A DNA stretch of 64,000 nt. It comes from a virus. The position numbers and the translations under genes are program-made. Positions 27,515 to 38,038 of this stretch are shown here, piece by piece. The notes beneath the pieces are model-generated. The model saw nothing but the letters and a program-made list of their open reading frames with translations. It was not told the origin of the DNA and made no database searches. Positions within the stretch are counted from its first letter, which is position 1; each line of letters begins with the position of its first letter. The DNA lies in IMG/VR virus record IMGVR_UViG_3300005573_000069, positions 37,034 through 101,033 of that record; one strand, written 5' to 3'.

Positions 27515-28270
27515 ATGTATTCAAACAATTTTGTTTGTGCTGTCAAGAGTGGTGGCAAGGTTTTGCGTGAAGAGGGTCATGTGGTTTATCTCCCGTTCGA
27601 TTCTTATTACTCGCTCTTGTTGAAGAATTTGTCATCCAGAAGGGCTTTGGTCAAAATCCAGATTGATGGCAATGATATTCTGTTTGGTAAAAGTTTAATT
27701 GTGAGTGCCAATTCAAGTGTGGAACTGGAGCGTTATGTCAATGATTGTGACAACGGTCCCAAATTTAAGTTTATACAAAAAACCGAAGAATTACGCAATT
27801 ATCGCTCTGATAGAATTGATGATGGGCTGATTGTGGTTAAATACGCATTCGAAAAACCTGTGAATAACATATCCGTGACTTATTCTCAACAACCATATTT
27901 TGTTCACTATCCCGGATATAATATTTCTGTCACTCAGCCTATTTACACGACCGCTTTTCCAAACACCGCAGGTGGTATAATCGTGATGTGTAATAATAGC
28001 TCTAATTTTTCTACGACTTGTGCCTCTTCTTTGAGTCATCCTGGTATAACGGTTCCAGGCGAAGATTCCAACCAAAAGTTCGTCACTGGCTATATTGGTG
28101 AACTGGAACCGTATGAACACACGATAGTAATCCAATTGAGTGGCTATTATGGCGATAAGCCTCTTGAAAAACCAATCACCGTCAAAGAGAAGAAAAAATG
28201 CGTTGTTTGTGGCAAGGAAACCGATTTTGTAAATAATTATTGTCCAAATTGTGGTCATAGGTTGGTGTAA
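27515..28270 (+). CDS. conserved phage protein with C-terminal Zn ribbon
   Basis: VYLPF...Y.LLLKNL..RRA.V.I.IDG; CVVCG..CPNCG. Confidence 0.8.
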   Translation: MYSNNFVCAVKSGGKVLREEGHVVYLPFDSYYSLLLKNLSSRRALVKIQIDGNDILFGKSLIVSANSSVELERYVNDCDNGPKFKFIQKTEELRNYRSDRIDDGLIVVKYAFEKPVNNISVTYSQQPYFVHYPGYNISVTQPIYTTAFPNTAGGIIVMCNNSSNFSTTCASSLSHPGITVPGEDSNQKFVTGYIGELEPYEHTIVIQLSGYYGDKPLEKPITVKEKKKCVVCGKETDFVNNYCPNCGHRLV

Positions 28271-28282
28271 CTGTGCTAACGC

Positions 28283-28358
28283 GGTGGCATCGTTCAGCGG
28301 CTAGGACACTGCCCTGTCAAGGCAGAGATCGCGGGTTCGAATCCCGTTGTCACCGCCA
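28283..28358 (+). tRNA. tRNA-Asp(GUC)
   Basis: GGTGGCA/TGTCACC acceptor stem, CTGTCAA loop, GTTCGAATC, CCA. Confidence 0.93.
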
Positions 28359-28361
28359 TAC

Positions 28362-28436
28362 TGATCCGTAGCTCAAGGGTAGAGCAACCGGCTGTTAACC
28401 GGTAGGTTGCAGGTTCGAATCCTGCCGGATCAGCCA
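28362..28436 (+). tRNA. tRNA-Asn(GUU)
   Basis: TGATCCG/CGGATCA acceptor stem, CTGTTAA loop, CCA. Confidence 0.95.
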
Positions 28437-28459
28437 AGTTTCCAAAAATTATCAAAGGA

Positions 28460-28660
28460 GTGCTGAAAGTGCCGGAATTTAACATCGAATACACCGAAAG
28501 AGATATCAAAAACCTCATTCTTCAGGATTTGCAAAGCAAAATGCCAGATGTCAGATTTCAAGATACTGATGTTCACATCGAAGTCAAAACGTCTGAAAAT
28601 TATCGGGCCGACAAATGGGAACGTGGTCAATTTCGTGGAAGAGTGCATCTGGATAGGTAA
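28460..28660 (+). CDS. hypothetical protein
   Basis: AAAGGAG RBS. Confidence 0.65.
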   Translation: MLKVPEFNIEYTERDIKNLILQDLQSKMPDVRFQDTDVHIEVKTSENYRADKWERGQFRGRVHLDR

Positions 28661-28721
28661 GGAAGGATTGGACCATTTTCATGAAAAATCCCGTAGGTGA
28701 ATTTCTTGGAGGTAGACAATT

Positions 28722-28898
28722 GTGAGTGATTTTCTTCTTCCCGCCTGGAAAATTTGCGAGTTTGTTGATCGTTGCAAGGAAATGGATTGTATCGGTAGGA
28801 CAATTCGTCCAGGACCAGTCAGTTGTGCATTAAGGCGACTGTTTTTAGCGTGTGAACCCAAAAATGATCAAGAAGTGACATCGCAAAAGGAGTGTTAG
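28722..28898 (+). CDS. small Cys-containing protein (58 aa)
   Basis: Manual: GGAGG RBS, GTG start, MSDFLLPAWKICEFVDRC... Confidence 0.45.
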   Translation: MSDFLLPAWKICEFVDRCKEMDCIGRTIRPGPVSCALRRLFLACEPKNDQEVTSQKEC

Positions 28899-28899
28899 T

Positions 28900-30003
28900 T
28901 TGTTTTCGGCAGCGGATAAGCAAAAAATGTTACACTTATTTGAACAAGGTAAAACTTACAGAGAAATTGGTAAAATGTATGGTATAAGCAAGGATGCGGT
29001 AAGAGGCATCTTGCGTCGAACAAAACGAAGTCATATAGATTCAAACTCGTTAACTTACTTACGAATACAATCCGAACGACGAAAACTTCAGCAGGAAAAA
29101 GCCGACTTGAAGAAACTTATTCGTGAGTATGCTACATTTGAGCAAATTATTGAGCATCTTGATTGTGCTATATCAAAATTACCAGCGTTAAACAAGCCTG
29201 CTGGTAATTTTGTGCATCCATCCACCAATCAGCAACTGGTAATGTTGATTTCCGATTTGCATTTAGGCGAAAAATCGGATACATTAGGTATTCAACAGTA
29301 TTCTTCGGACACTATTTCTGAAAGATTGGCTAAATATTTTTCTGAATGTGAGTTAATTGCTAAAGAACACAATATCTCCGTTATCAATTTAGCATTTCTT
29401 GGCGATTTAATTGAGGGTCATAATATTTTTCCTGCAATTTCCGCATATAGTGATACTGATCCCATAGATCAATGTGTAATTGTAGCTGAACTTTTAGCTA
29501 ATCTTATAAATAACTTATCACAAAAGTGCTTTATCAACATCTATTACGTATTTGGCAATCATGGGCGATTATCAAACACATTACAACACACCACCAATTT
29601 TGAGAAACTGATAATTAAATATATTCAATCGAGACTATTTAACAACACTAATGTAAAAATACATGATAGTAATGGCGTTTTTACCATCATGACCGTACTC
29701 AATTGGAAATATTTGCTTTATCATGGTGATCAATTCCGTGATAAGGAAAATGGGTCGTTAAGATTGAAAGATATTCTTAACTCCTATGGTGACGATTTTG
29801 ACGAAATAATTGTAGGTCATTATCACCATTTTTACGAAAAAGAGCTTTTTGCCAAAGGCGGTAGTATAATACAATCTGGTTCATTCACGGGAGGTAATGA
29901 ATACAGCTTACGAAAGTTACAATGCCTGAATAAGCCGTCCCAAATAGCTTTTATTGTTGATGAAATTAAAGGTAGATGGGCAACGTTTAGAATTAAGGTT
30001 TAA
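28900..30003 (+). CDS. calcineurin-like metallophosphoesterase with N-terminal HTH
   Basis: SDLHLG, GDLIEG, GNHG, HGD and GHYH motifs. Confidence 0.88.
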   Translation: MFSAADKQKMLHLFEQGKTYREIGKMYGISKDAVRGILRRTKRSHIDSNSLTYLRIQSERRKLQQEKADLKKLIREYATFEQIIEHLDCAISKLPALNKPAGNFVHPSTNQQLVMLISDLHLGEKSDTLGIQQYSSDTISERLAKYFSECELIAKEHNISVINLAFLGDLIEGHNIFPAISAYSDTDPIDQCVIVAELLANLINNLSQKCFINIYYVFGNHGRLSNTLQHTTNFEKLIIKYIQSRLFNNTNVKIHDSNGVFTIMTVLNWKYLLYHGDQFRDKENGSLRLKDILNSYGDDFDEIIVGHYHHFYEKELFAKGGSIIQSGSFTGGNEYSLRKLQCLNKPSQIAFIVDEIKGRWATFRIKV

Positions 30004-30022
30004 GGAGTGTATAGGGGTAACG

Positions 30023-30184
30023 ATGGGTAAGTGTAACAAGTGTGAGTTTTCTACTTATTGCGGTAGAAATTTGGATGAATGTGTGTTAGAGTATGGAAGG
30101 GTTAAAGATCGCGCTCGCAAACGGCGCATAAGTAAACAAGAGCGAAAGAAGGTCAGAAGGAACGTGGAACGCCGCCATGACTAA
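30023..30184 (+). CDS. small Cys-rich basic protein
   Basis: MGKCNKCEFSTYCGRNLDEC. Confidence 0.5.
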   Translation: MGKCNKCEFSTYCGRNLDECVLEYGRVKDRARKRRISKQERKKVRRNVERRHD

Positions 30185-31013
30185 GACATGTGCCTATTGT
30201 GGAAAATCTAAACCTTTAACCGAATATTATACTGTTTCCAATACTTCTGATGGATATGAGTCCTATTGTAAGATTTGCCGTAAAAATCATATAAAAACAA
30301 AAGAACAATTAATTGGCTATTTAGGTATGAATGATACATACTTTGAAGAACCTAAGTGGCAAGAAATATATGACAAGGTGCTTACAAGACAACGTAAGAA
30401 ATATATAAAAGGCAGGTTTGTTCCTGATAACTTTGAACAGTTAATTGAGGAAGCTGCCGTGGTTCAATATTTGAAGTTATATCGAAATAAATCTACCCCT
30501 TATCACAGGACAGACAATAGATTTACAATAACAGATGATATGATAAAAAGATGGGGTAGTGGTTTAGAACCTGACGCATACCAATACATGGAAGATGTAT
30601 ATATACAATTGATTACGTCATACAAATCTGATACTCCTGTACAAAGAATGATTTATGAGGATGTTGCTAAAACAAAATATGAGGCTGAAAAGGCCCGTAG
30701 AGAAGGCAATTTACAACTTTATGAAAAACTTATTAAAATAGTGTCTGCACTCCTTTCCGATGCGAACATCAAACCTGTGCAAGAAAATGCCTCCGATAGT
30801 GAAAATGTATCTACTTGGGGACTTCAAATAAAAATGATTGAAGAATCAGAGCCCATTCCAGAACCACGTGATGAATTTAAGGACGTGGATGGAATTGAAA
30901 AATATATAACCAAGTGGTTTGTGGAACCCTTTGCTAAGATTTTTGGTATAGACAGTTTGCAAAATTACGAAAGCCAAGACGAAATAGAAGATGATGTTGT
31001 TGGTGATGAATAA
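30177..31013 (+). CDS. putative terminase small subunit / Zn-finger protein
   Basis: CAYC..CKIC; directly upstream of and coupled to terL. Confidence 0.6.
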   Translation: MTKTCAYCGKSKPLTEYYTVSNTSDGYESYCKICRKNHIKTKEQLIGYLGMNDTYFEEPKWQEIYDKVLTRQRKKYIKGRFVPDNFEQLIEEAAVVQYLKLYRNKSTPYHRTDNRFTITDDMIKRWGSGLEPDAYQYMEDVYIQLITSYKSDTPVQRMIYEDVAKTKYEAEKARREGNLQLYEKLIKIVSALLSDANIKPVQENASDSENVSTWGLQIKMIEESEPIPEPRDEFKDVDGIEKYITKWFVEPFAKIFGIDSLQNYESQDEIEDDVVGDE

Positions 31014-32824
31014 TGGCAGGCTATCAAAAATTTGAGGTTGATAAAAGAAAGTATAGCAGAGGATTCATGGATGTTTGGAAATTAAGAAAAAATCAATCAT
31101 TAGTTGTTGAAAATATGAGTAAGGATCAGCGATGGCGAGAAAAAGTGAAATTATGGGCATCTTTTTACAGAGCTAATCCCCATCGTTTTGTAGAAGATTA
31201 TTTTGGAATCAAACTGCACTTATTTCAAAAAATATTAATCTATATGGCCTTCCATAGAGATTTTTTTATGTATATAGCTGCGCGGGGTCAAAGTAAAACT
31301 TTTATAACCGCTTTGATATGTTGCGTAAGATGTGTATTATATCCGGGTACAAATGTGATTTTGGCATCTGGTACAAAAGGTCAAGCGGCTTTGATTATTA
31401 CTGAAAAGGTTGAAAAAGTATTGATCCCCATGAGTCCAAGTTTACATCGTGAAATTAGAGATATCGTTCATAGTCAGCATCGTTGCTGTGTAACATTTCG
31501 GAATGGTAGTACCATTGAAGCGGTAACGAGCACAAGTTATTCTCGTGGTTATCGTGGGAACGTGCTGGTTTTAGAAGAGTTTAGGCTAATTGATTTTGAA
31601 ATGTTAAATAAAGTCTTGCGTATGTTTCTAACCGTAAATAGACAACCCCCCTATCTCATGAAGCCGGAGTACTCGCATTTGACTGAAGAAAATATTGAGA
31701 TTTATATAAGTTCAGCGTGGTATAAGTCACATTGGATTTGGGAAAAATTTAAGTCCTTTACCGAATTGATGTGTAAAGGCAAAGATTATTTCGTTTGCGC
31801 AATCCCTTATCATTTGTCTTTGTATCATGGCCTTTTGTCTCAGAAACGTGTGGAGCAAATGCGTGAAGAAGCGGATTTTGATGAAATTTCCTGGTTGATG
31901 GAAATGGAAACCATGTTTTTTGGAGAATCGGAAAAAGCATACTTCAAATTGGCGGATATACAAAAATGTCGTGACTTACTAAAGCCGTTCTATCCATACG
32001 ACAATATGACGTTTTTGGAACAGAAGTCGCGTAAAATTAAAGATTCTTTCAAAATCGAAAAGAGAAAAAACGAAATACGCATAATTGGTGTTGACGTTGC
32101 TATGATGGCGGGTCGTGCAGTTGACAATACGATTTTTACCTGTTTGAGGATGTTCCCAAACCGTGATGAATATGTAAGACAAGTGGTGTATATTGAAAGC
32201 ATGACAGGACAACATTCTGAAACGCAGGCTATACGACTCAAGCAATTATTTAACGACTTTGAGGCCGATTACGTGGCTATGGATACACTTGGCAACGGTA
32301 TCAGTCTTTATGATGACTGTGCAAAAGTGCTGTACGATTCTGAAAGAGATGTGGAATATCCTGCATGGTGTGCTTTCAACAATGAGGAAATGCGTAGCCG
32401 GGCATTGGATGAGTATGCGTTGCCCGTTATTTATTCCGTAAAAGTCGTATCTCAGCAGGTTAATCACGAAATGGCCATGTTCTTAAAAACGTGTTTTGAA
32501 AAGAGAAAAATCAAGCTCCTAGTTGATGAAATCAAGGGGCGTGAATATCTTCAGGAGGTTAATAAAGATTACATAAAACGATCACCTGAAGAACAGGCTA
32601 AATTTGAGATTCCTTACATTCAGACATCCGCATTGGTGAATGAGTTAGTTAACTTAGAGTACGAATTACGAAATGGCTATGTTAAGGTCAAAGAAGTTGG
32701 TACTCGTAAGAAGGACCGCTATTCTTCTTTGGCTTATGCCATGTATCTTTCAAAGATCTTGGAGAGTGATTTAAGTAAAACGGAAGAAAGTACTAACGCT
32801 ATGGACTATTTCTTCTTTGATTGA
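31013..32824 (+). CDS. terL: terminase large subunit (SPbeta YonF-like)
   Basis: AARGQSKT Walker A, VLEEFR Walker B, GVDVA nuclease Asp, KKDRYSSL. Confidence 0.92.
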   Translation: MAGYQKFEVDKRKYSRGFMDVWKLRKNQSLVVENMSKDQRWREKVKLWASFYRANPHRFVEDYFGIKLHLFQKILIYMAFHRDFFMYIAARGQSKTFITALICCVRCVLYPGTNVILASGTKGQAALIITEKVEKVLIPMSPSLHREIRDIVHSQHRCCVTFRNGSTIEAVTSTSYSRGYRGNVLVLEEFRLIDFEMLNKVLRMFLTVNRQPPYLMKPEYSHLTEENIEIYISSAWYKSHWIWEKFKSFTELMCKGKDYFVCAIPYHLSLYHGLLSQKRVEQMREEADFDEISWLMEMETMFFGESEKAYFKLADIQKCRDLLKPFYPYDNMTFLEQKSRKIKDSFKIEKRKNEIRIIGVDVAMMAGRAVDNTIFTCLRMFPNRDEYVRQVVYIESMTGQHSETQAIRLKQLFNDFEADYVAMDTLGNGISLYDDCAKVLYDSERDVEYPAWCAFNNEEMRSRALDEYALPVIYSVKVVSQQVNHEMAMFLKTCFEKRKIKLLVDEIKGREYLQEVNKDYIKRSPEEQAKFEIPYIQTSALVNELVNLEYELRNGYVKVKEVGTRKKDRYSSLAYAMYLSKILESDLSKTEESTNAMDYFFFD

Positions 32825-32846
32825 AGACGAAGGCAGGTGATCAAAA

Positions 32847-34391
32847 ATTTCTCGTCGTTATAAGCCTAAAAGTGTACAGAACACAAATAGTACTCCTGAA
32901 GCCCCGGCTATTGACCATTTTTCGTTAGAAGCTTTTTATAACACCATTAATTTTGCCAATAATACAATACCTTTTTTGAACACGCCGGGGATGCTCATTA
33001 ATCCTTTGTGGATGAATGAGATAATGAAAAGTATTACATCTTCACCGCGTAAATATGATCGGGATACCGTTTTGCAATTATTGGAGAATCCAATTTATAA
33101 TGAAAAAGCATTAAAAGATCTGCATCAATATCTACTCAATAATAGTCAACATTATAAAAGAACTTTAAACTATTTCGCTACAATACTTACTTTTGATTAC
33201 GTGGTTATTCCCTTAAATGTTGACGAAAAAGATATGAAATCAGGCTCATTTAAACGGGCGCAACAAAAAGTTTACGATTGGCTTGAAGAATTAAATCCCA
33301 AAGATACCTTTACTGACATTATGCGTGTAATCATGGGCGAAGATGCTGCTTTTTACTATTTGCGTGAATTAGAAGATGGAACGGTATATTTGCAACGGAT
33401 GCCTACTGACTATTGTAAGATCGTTAATAAGACTCGGTATGGTTGGCAATATGCTTTCAATATGGTTTACTTTGCGCGTCCAGGCGTAAACATTCGTGAT
33501 TTTGCTCCAGAATTTGAAATATATTGGCGCGAATTTTTAGAAGGAGATAAAAATATACCATTCTTCTGGAAAATTCTTGATCCAGCCAAGGCCTACGTTT
33601 TTAAGTGGGATGAGATAGATGCTGCTATCCTGCTTCCATTGATGGGTCTTTTTCTGGACGCCATTGAGATTATGGAATTTAAGGCGTTATTAAAGACAAA
33701 AACTGCTTTGGAGAATTATAAAATATTATTTCACAAAATTCCTATGCGTCAGGATAAAGATGCTAAGAAGAATGACTATTTGATAGATGCTGTGGATGCT
33801 GGTAAGTTTCATGCAAATATTAGTAGCAAACTTCCTCCGGGTGCTAGTGTATTAACTACTCCGATGGAAATTACCCCTATTAATTTTGAAGGTGCCGAGA
33901 CTCGTACAAATATCGTGGGAGCTGCCGAAGAAAATTATTTCGGCGCAGCAGGTACTTCGCCAAATCTTTTCGGAGCGGCCACTAAGTCAAGTGCTGGATT
34001 GAGTTTGAATATCAAGGTTGATGAAAATTTTGTATTCCCTATGCAAAACAAGTTTGAAAGGTTCATAAATCTTAACCTTAAGCGCATTTCTCCTAAGTAC
34101 AGGTTTAAGGTTAAATTTTTAGGCATCACCAACTTTAACCGTGATGAAAAATTTAATGAGTATATAAAGGCTGCTCAGGGTGGTCTACCGAAAACGTTAG
34201 TGGGTGCCTCATTAGGTTTGTCTCCATATGAGTTAGATAGTTTGTTGAAGTATGAAAATGCGCTCCAATTAATTAGTGAAATGCAGGTTTTGCCATCGTC
34301 CCATGTACAAAGTCCGGTTAATTCTCCAGGGCGTCCTGTGCAACCGAAAGTGACCGAAAAGGGTGAAGAGTGGCGAGATAATCAGGTTTAG
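32847..34391 (+). CDS. portal protein (YonE-like), probable ATT start
   Basis: Position after terL and size; frame open from TGA at 32838; RBS AGGTGAT precedes ATT at 32847. Confidence 0.8.
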   Translation: MSRRYKPKSVQNTNSTPEAPAIDHFSLEAFYNTINFANNTIPFLNTPGMLINPLWMNEIMKSITSSPRKYDRDTVLQLLENPIYNEKALKDLHQYLLNNSQHYKRTLNYFATILTFDYVVIPLNVDEKDMKSGSFKRAQQKVYDWLEELNPKDTFTDIMRVIMGEDAAFYYLRELEDGTVYLQRMPTDYCKIVNKTRYGWQYAFNMVYFARPGVNIRDFAPEFEIYWREFLEGDKNIPFFWKILDPAKAYVFKWDEIDAAILLPLMGLFLDAIEIMEFKALLKTKTALENYKILFHKIPMRQDKDAKKNDYLIDAVDAGKFHANISSKLPPGASVLTTPMEITPINFEGAETRTNIVGAAEENYFGAAGTSPNLFGAATKSSAGLSLNIKVDENFVFPMQNKFERFINLNLKRISPKYRFKVKFLGITNFNRDEKFNEYIKAAQGGLPKTLVGASLGLSPYELDSLLKYENALQLISEMQVLPSSHVQSPVNSPGRPVQPKVTEKGEEWRDNQV

Positions 34392-34408
34392 GAGGCGGGT
34401 GGTGATGT

Positions 34409-34561
34409 ATGCAGAAATTGATAGTCAAATATGAATTGATTGATGATGAGAACATAGAGGTAACGTATTCCGACAACGAAAAAGAAATTATCAAGAAGAG
34501 TAATTTACAAACTTTTAGTAAGGAGTCTCCGTTAAAAATGGCGTTTGTCGTGCCGAATTAG
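34409..34561 (+). CDS. small hypothetical protein (50 aa)
   Basis: Manual translation MQKLIVKYELIDDENIEVTYSD... Confidence 0.5.
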   Translation: MQKLIVKYELIDDENIEVTYSDNEKEIIKKSNLQTFSKESPLKMAFVVPN

Positions 34562-34574
34562 GGGTGGTGGTAAA

Positions 34575-36422
34575 TTGGATGTACAAAAATTAAGATTTGA
34601 TGTAGATGTAAAGGATGTCGAACCTTATAATTCTCAGTTTACGAAGGCTCGTGTGTACATTTGTTATCCTGATCTAAACCGAAATAACTCATATTTACCT
34701 AAAGAAGCCATCATTGACGCTATTCCATCTTTGTATAACTGCCCTGTCTTGGGTGAATACAATGAGGCGCTAGATGATTTTATGGGACATGGTGGTACTG
34801 TGGAAATTACCTCTACAGGAATAAAAGAAGTGCAGACCACTAAGCCATATGGGTTAATCCCGGAAAGCTCTGAAATTAAATGGATTCAGGAGGGTGGTAA
34901 GGATTATCTTACTGCCACAGTATTATTGTGGTCTTCTCGATATCCAGAAATTTTACAAGCGGTGGAAAAACGAAACAAGCAAAGTATGGAAATAGACATC
35001 ATAGCGGGACATATGGATACTGAAAAGAAGTATTTCGTGGTAGACAAATTTAGTTTTTCGGGCCTTTGTATTTTGGGCAAGGATTTTAGCGGTAAACCTA
35101 TTGAACCTTGTTTTGAGGACGCTCACATCGAAGCGTATACATTAAATAAAGACGAGTTTAAACGTCAATTTTATGAAATGATAAGCGAATTAAAGAAATC
35201 ATTGACGGAGGAAGGAGGAATTCTATTTCACATGAAGACTTTCAACACGTCTAAAGATGAATACGGCACAGAACCGAAAATTGAGATTGATAATTCAAAA
35301 GAAGCCGCAAATATGACAGGATCGTGGGGTGATGTGGATAAGACAAAACTGCGCAATGATATTCTCAAGAAGGCAAATTATAAGTCTCTTGTGAAGGAGG
35401 CTTATCTTATTGTAGGAGATGATTGGGAAGATAAGCCGAGTGAAGAATTAAGTTATCCGCATCATGAGATTGATGGTGATAAATTAGTGGTACATAAAGG
35501 AGGGTGTGAAGCTGCCTTAGTCAGACTGCATGGTCAGGATATTACTTCTGGCCCTGCGATTACTCATTTGAAGAAACATTATAGAGAATTGGGGATGTCT
35601 ATGGAGAATTTTACGAAAAGCTTTAAGTTAACCCATAAAGCAAAAGAGGAAGAATTCGCACGTGAATTAGGTAAAAAGGAGTTTATTGACAAAGATTACT
35701 TTGGTAATCCTGTAGCACGTCAAAAGTATTTCTATGTCGATCATGACGACGATTTTGTTTACGCTGTGGATGCAGAAGATGATTGGAAGAGCGTAAAAAT
35801 TCCTTATGAGGAAAAAGGCGATAATGTTGTATTAGATTATGATAAAACTGAAAGAGTCAAGTGGGCTCCCGTCGATTGGGAAGACGATGAACCTGACGAT
35901 GGTGATGCTGGCAGTATTTCACCTTATGCCAAATTTGTGAAGCAATTCAAGGAAGAAGACGAAAAGGATAAAGAAAAGATGGCTAAAGAGTGCGAAGATA
36001 TGGCTAAAAAGGTAGAGGAAAAGGAAATGGCGTTAGAGGATGCCAAAAAAGAAATCGCTTCTCTTGAGAAAGACAAGGAAGAAATGGCGAAAGAAATTGA
36101 TGAATTGAAAGAATACAAAGATAAAAAAATTAAAGAAGAAAAAGAGTTTAAGATTAATTCTGTTTTCGCAAAATTCAAGGGTAAACTAACTGAAAGTGAA
36201 ATGGCTCCTCTAAAAGATAAAGCCATGGAAATGTCGGTTGATACTTTAGAGGAAAAACTGTTTGCTCTTGTTGGAAAGAAAATAGCTTATTCTGATAGTA
36301 ATGCTACATTTGGTATTTTTAGTAACTTTAGTCTTAATGACGCAAGCCAAATTGAAGAACATGAAACACTTTGGGACAAATATAAAAGTCAACTACCGCG
36401 CTCTGAAGGGCGTGGCTTGTAA
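34575..36422 (+). CDS. prohead protease/scaffold (YonD-like); C-terminus altered by IscB insertion
   Basis: IPSLYNCPVLG, HGG, QSMEI, FSGLCILG..IEPCFEDA and a coiled-coil scaffold tail. Confidence 0.85.
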   Translation: MDVQKLRFDVDVKDVEPYNSQFTKARVYICYPDLNRNNSYLPKEAIIDAIPSLYNCPVLGEYNEALDDFMGHGGTVEITSTGIKEVQTTKPYGLIPESSEIKWIQEGGKDYLTATVLLWSSRYPEILQAVEKRNKQSMEIDIIAGHMDTEKKYFVVDKFSFSGLCILGKDFSGKPIEPCFEDAHIEAYTLNKDEFKRQFYEMISELKKSLTEEGGILFHMKTFNTSKDEYGTEPKIEIDNSKEAANMTGSWGDVDKTKLRNDILKKANYKSLVKEAYLIVGDDWEDKPSEELSYPHHEIDGDKLVVHKGGCEAALVRLHGQDITSGPAITHLKKHYRELGMSMENFTKSFKLTHKAKEEEFARELGKKEFIDKDYFGNPVARQKYFYVDHDDDFVYAVDAEDDWKSVKIPYEEKGDNVVLDYDKTERVKWAPVDWEDDEPDDGDAGSISPYAKFVKQFKEEDEKDKEKMAKECEDMAKKVEEKEMALEDAKKEIASLEKDKEEMAKEIDELKEYKDKKIKEEKEFKINSVFAKFKGKLTESEMAPLKDKAMEMSVDTLEEKLFALVGKKIAYSDSNATFGIFSNFSLNDASQIEEHETLWDKYKSQLPRSEGRGL

Positions 36423-36640
36423 ACGGGGGCTGTACCGTTTATAGGTTTTCGTTTTTTAACGGAAGTAGTTGAACGATGGGTGTATCATTGCAGGAACTGA
36501 CGTTTCGGGGCGACACTCCCAGCTTTGAGAGACACTGGTGCAATCCCGGGGCCTAACGCATGGTGCAATGATACGTCTCAGGGAGACCCACCACCCTAGG
36601 GTGCCCAGATCATAGGGCTCCTGCAAAGGAGGTATTTGGT
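36388..36640 (+). ncRNA. omega RNA scaffold (HEARO-like) of IscB
   Basis: About 250-nt structured non-coding leader between element end and iscB start. Confidence 0.7.
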
Positions 36641-38038
36641 ATGATATTCACGATAGACAAGAACGGCAATCCAGGTCATCCAACCAAGAGATTTGATCTC
36701 ATTCGCAAGTTACGGAAGCAACGCAAAGTACGTATTATTGGTGGTGGCGCATCTGGCAAACCGCCCGTAGCGATATTTTTGGACAGGGAATTTGACGCTT
36801 CACGGACAATAGACAGGAAGCATATTATCGCTCTTGATCCTGGCTACAGTTATATTGGTTTTGCTGTTTGTGAGATCATGAATGGAAAGCTGGTCATATA
36901 TTGTCGTGGTATTCTCCAGACTCGCATTTCGGACATTAAGGGACTGATGTCCGATAGAAGGTCTCATCGTCGTCGCAGGAGATATCTTTCGCGTTTCAAG
37001 CAGAAACGTCTTTCTTTCAAGAAGGGTAAGGTATTAACAAAATTCAAAGCTCCTCGAAACGTCAGATCGGTCAACAGAGCAAGCGCCACGCTCAAGCATG
37101 GTATCGAAACACATTTAAATCTTTATCGAAAGCTGCTGCGATTTTTCCCATTTCCCGAATGTCAAGTTCAGTTTGTAATGGAAGACAATATGTTCAATAT
37201 TCGCGCCATGACATGGGGTAATACGTCTGATACAGACTATCAAAAATCGCCGCGCACTTCGATTAAAGAGAAAAAATGTGTGTTGTGTGGTTCATTAGAG
37301 AAGTTGAATCAGCATCACCTCATTCCCCGGAAAATGGGCGGTACGAACATACCGGAAAACAAGGTATATCTTTGCGAAGATTGCCATCGTGATGTTCATG
37401 CTGGTAGAGTTTATCTTCCAGTCACGGGCATCAAGCAATGGCGAGGGCTTGGAACGATGAACGCGATTATAGGTGTATTGCGCAGGTTACCGTTTATTTA
37501 CTTTGTGCCTGTAAGCGATATGGTTTCCAAGAGAAACGCGCTCAAGTTGGAGAAGGATCATGGCAATGACGCGCTTGCGACCGCCGCAGCGTTTTGCGAT
37601 TGCACCATGATTGACACTTCTTTCGAGAAGCGCCTTATTCTGGTCAAATTCAGGCGCCACATCAGAGCTCACACACACGCACAGAGGGAAAGGCATTACA
37701 AGGTGAATGGGGTGATGATTGCTCAGAACAGAAAAAAGCGAACAGACCAAAAAGAACCATCTTTTGCGGACGTATCGCCACTTTCTCCGGATCAACAGCG
37801 TAAACTTGAGGTGTATCCCGGAGTAAAACTTTTCAATCCACTCAGGGAAAACGCATTATGCACTGGTGGCGATGTATGGGTTTACGTACCTACTGGTCAG
37901 CGGTTTATAGCTAAGGGCGTAACATCCAAGACATATTTATATTCCCCAATGTTGGAAAGCATTGTAGGCAAGTCTTATGTTCGTCCTGACAAATGCAGCC
38001 GCATAGTTCACAACGAAGGAATTGTTGTGTGGAGTTGA
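36641..38038 (+). CDS. iscB: IscB RNA-guided endonuclease
   Basis: PLMP-like PGHPT, RuvC-I LDPG, Arg-rich bridge helix RRSHRRRRR, RuvC-II ED, HNH CVLC..HHLIP..GGTN..N..LCEDCH, RuvC-III HGND. Confidence 0.92.
   Translation: MIFTIDKNGNPGHPTKRFDLIRKLRKQRKVRIIGGGASGKPPVAIFLDREFDASRTIDRKHIIALDPGYSYIGFAVCEIMNGKLVIYCRGILQTRISDIKGLMSDRRSHRRRRRYLSRFKQKRLSFKKGKVLTKFKAPRNVRSVNRASATLKHGIETHLNLYRKLLRFFPFPECQVQFVMEDNMFNIRAMTWGNTSDTDYQKSPRTSIKEKKCVLCGSLEKLNQHHLIPRKMGGTNIPENKVYLCEDCHRDVHAGRVYLPVTGIKQWRGLGTMNAIIGVLRRLPFIYFVPVSDMVSKRNALKLEKDHGNDALATAAAFCDCTMIDTSFEKRLILVKFRRHIRAHTHAQRERHYKVNGVMIAQNRKKRTDQKEPSFADVSPLSPDQQRKLEVYPGVKLFNPLRENALCTGGDVWVYVPTGQRFIAKGVTSKTYLYSPMLESIVGKSYVRPDKCSRIVHNEGIVVWS

Noticed and set aside
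36388-36640. Group I intron (IStron) in the IscB element
   Set aside because: The leader is only about 250 nt and no P7/catalytic core could be recognised; it fits an omega RNA
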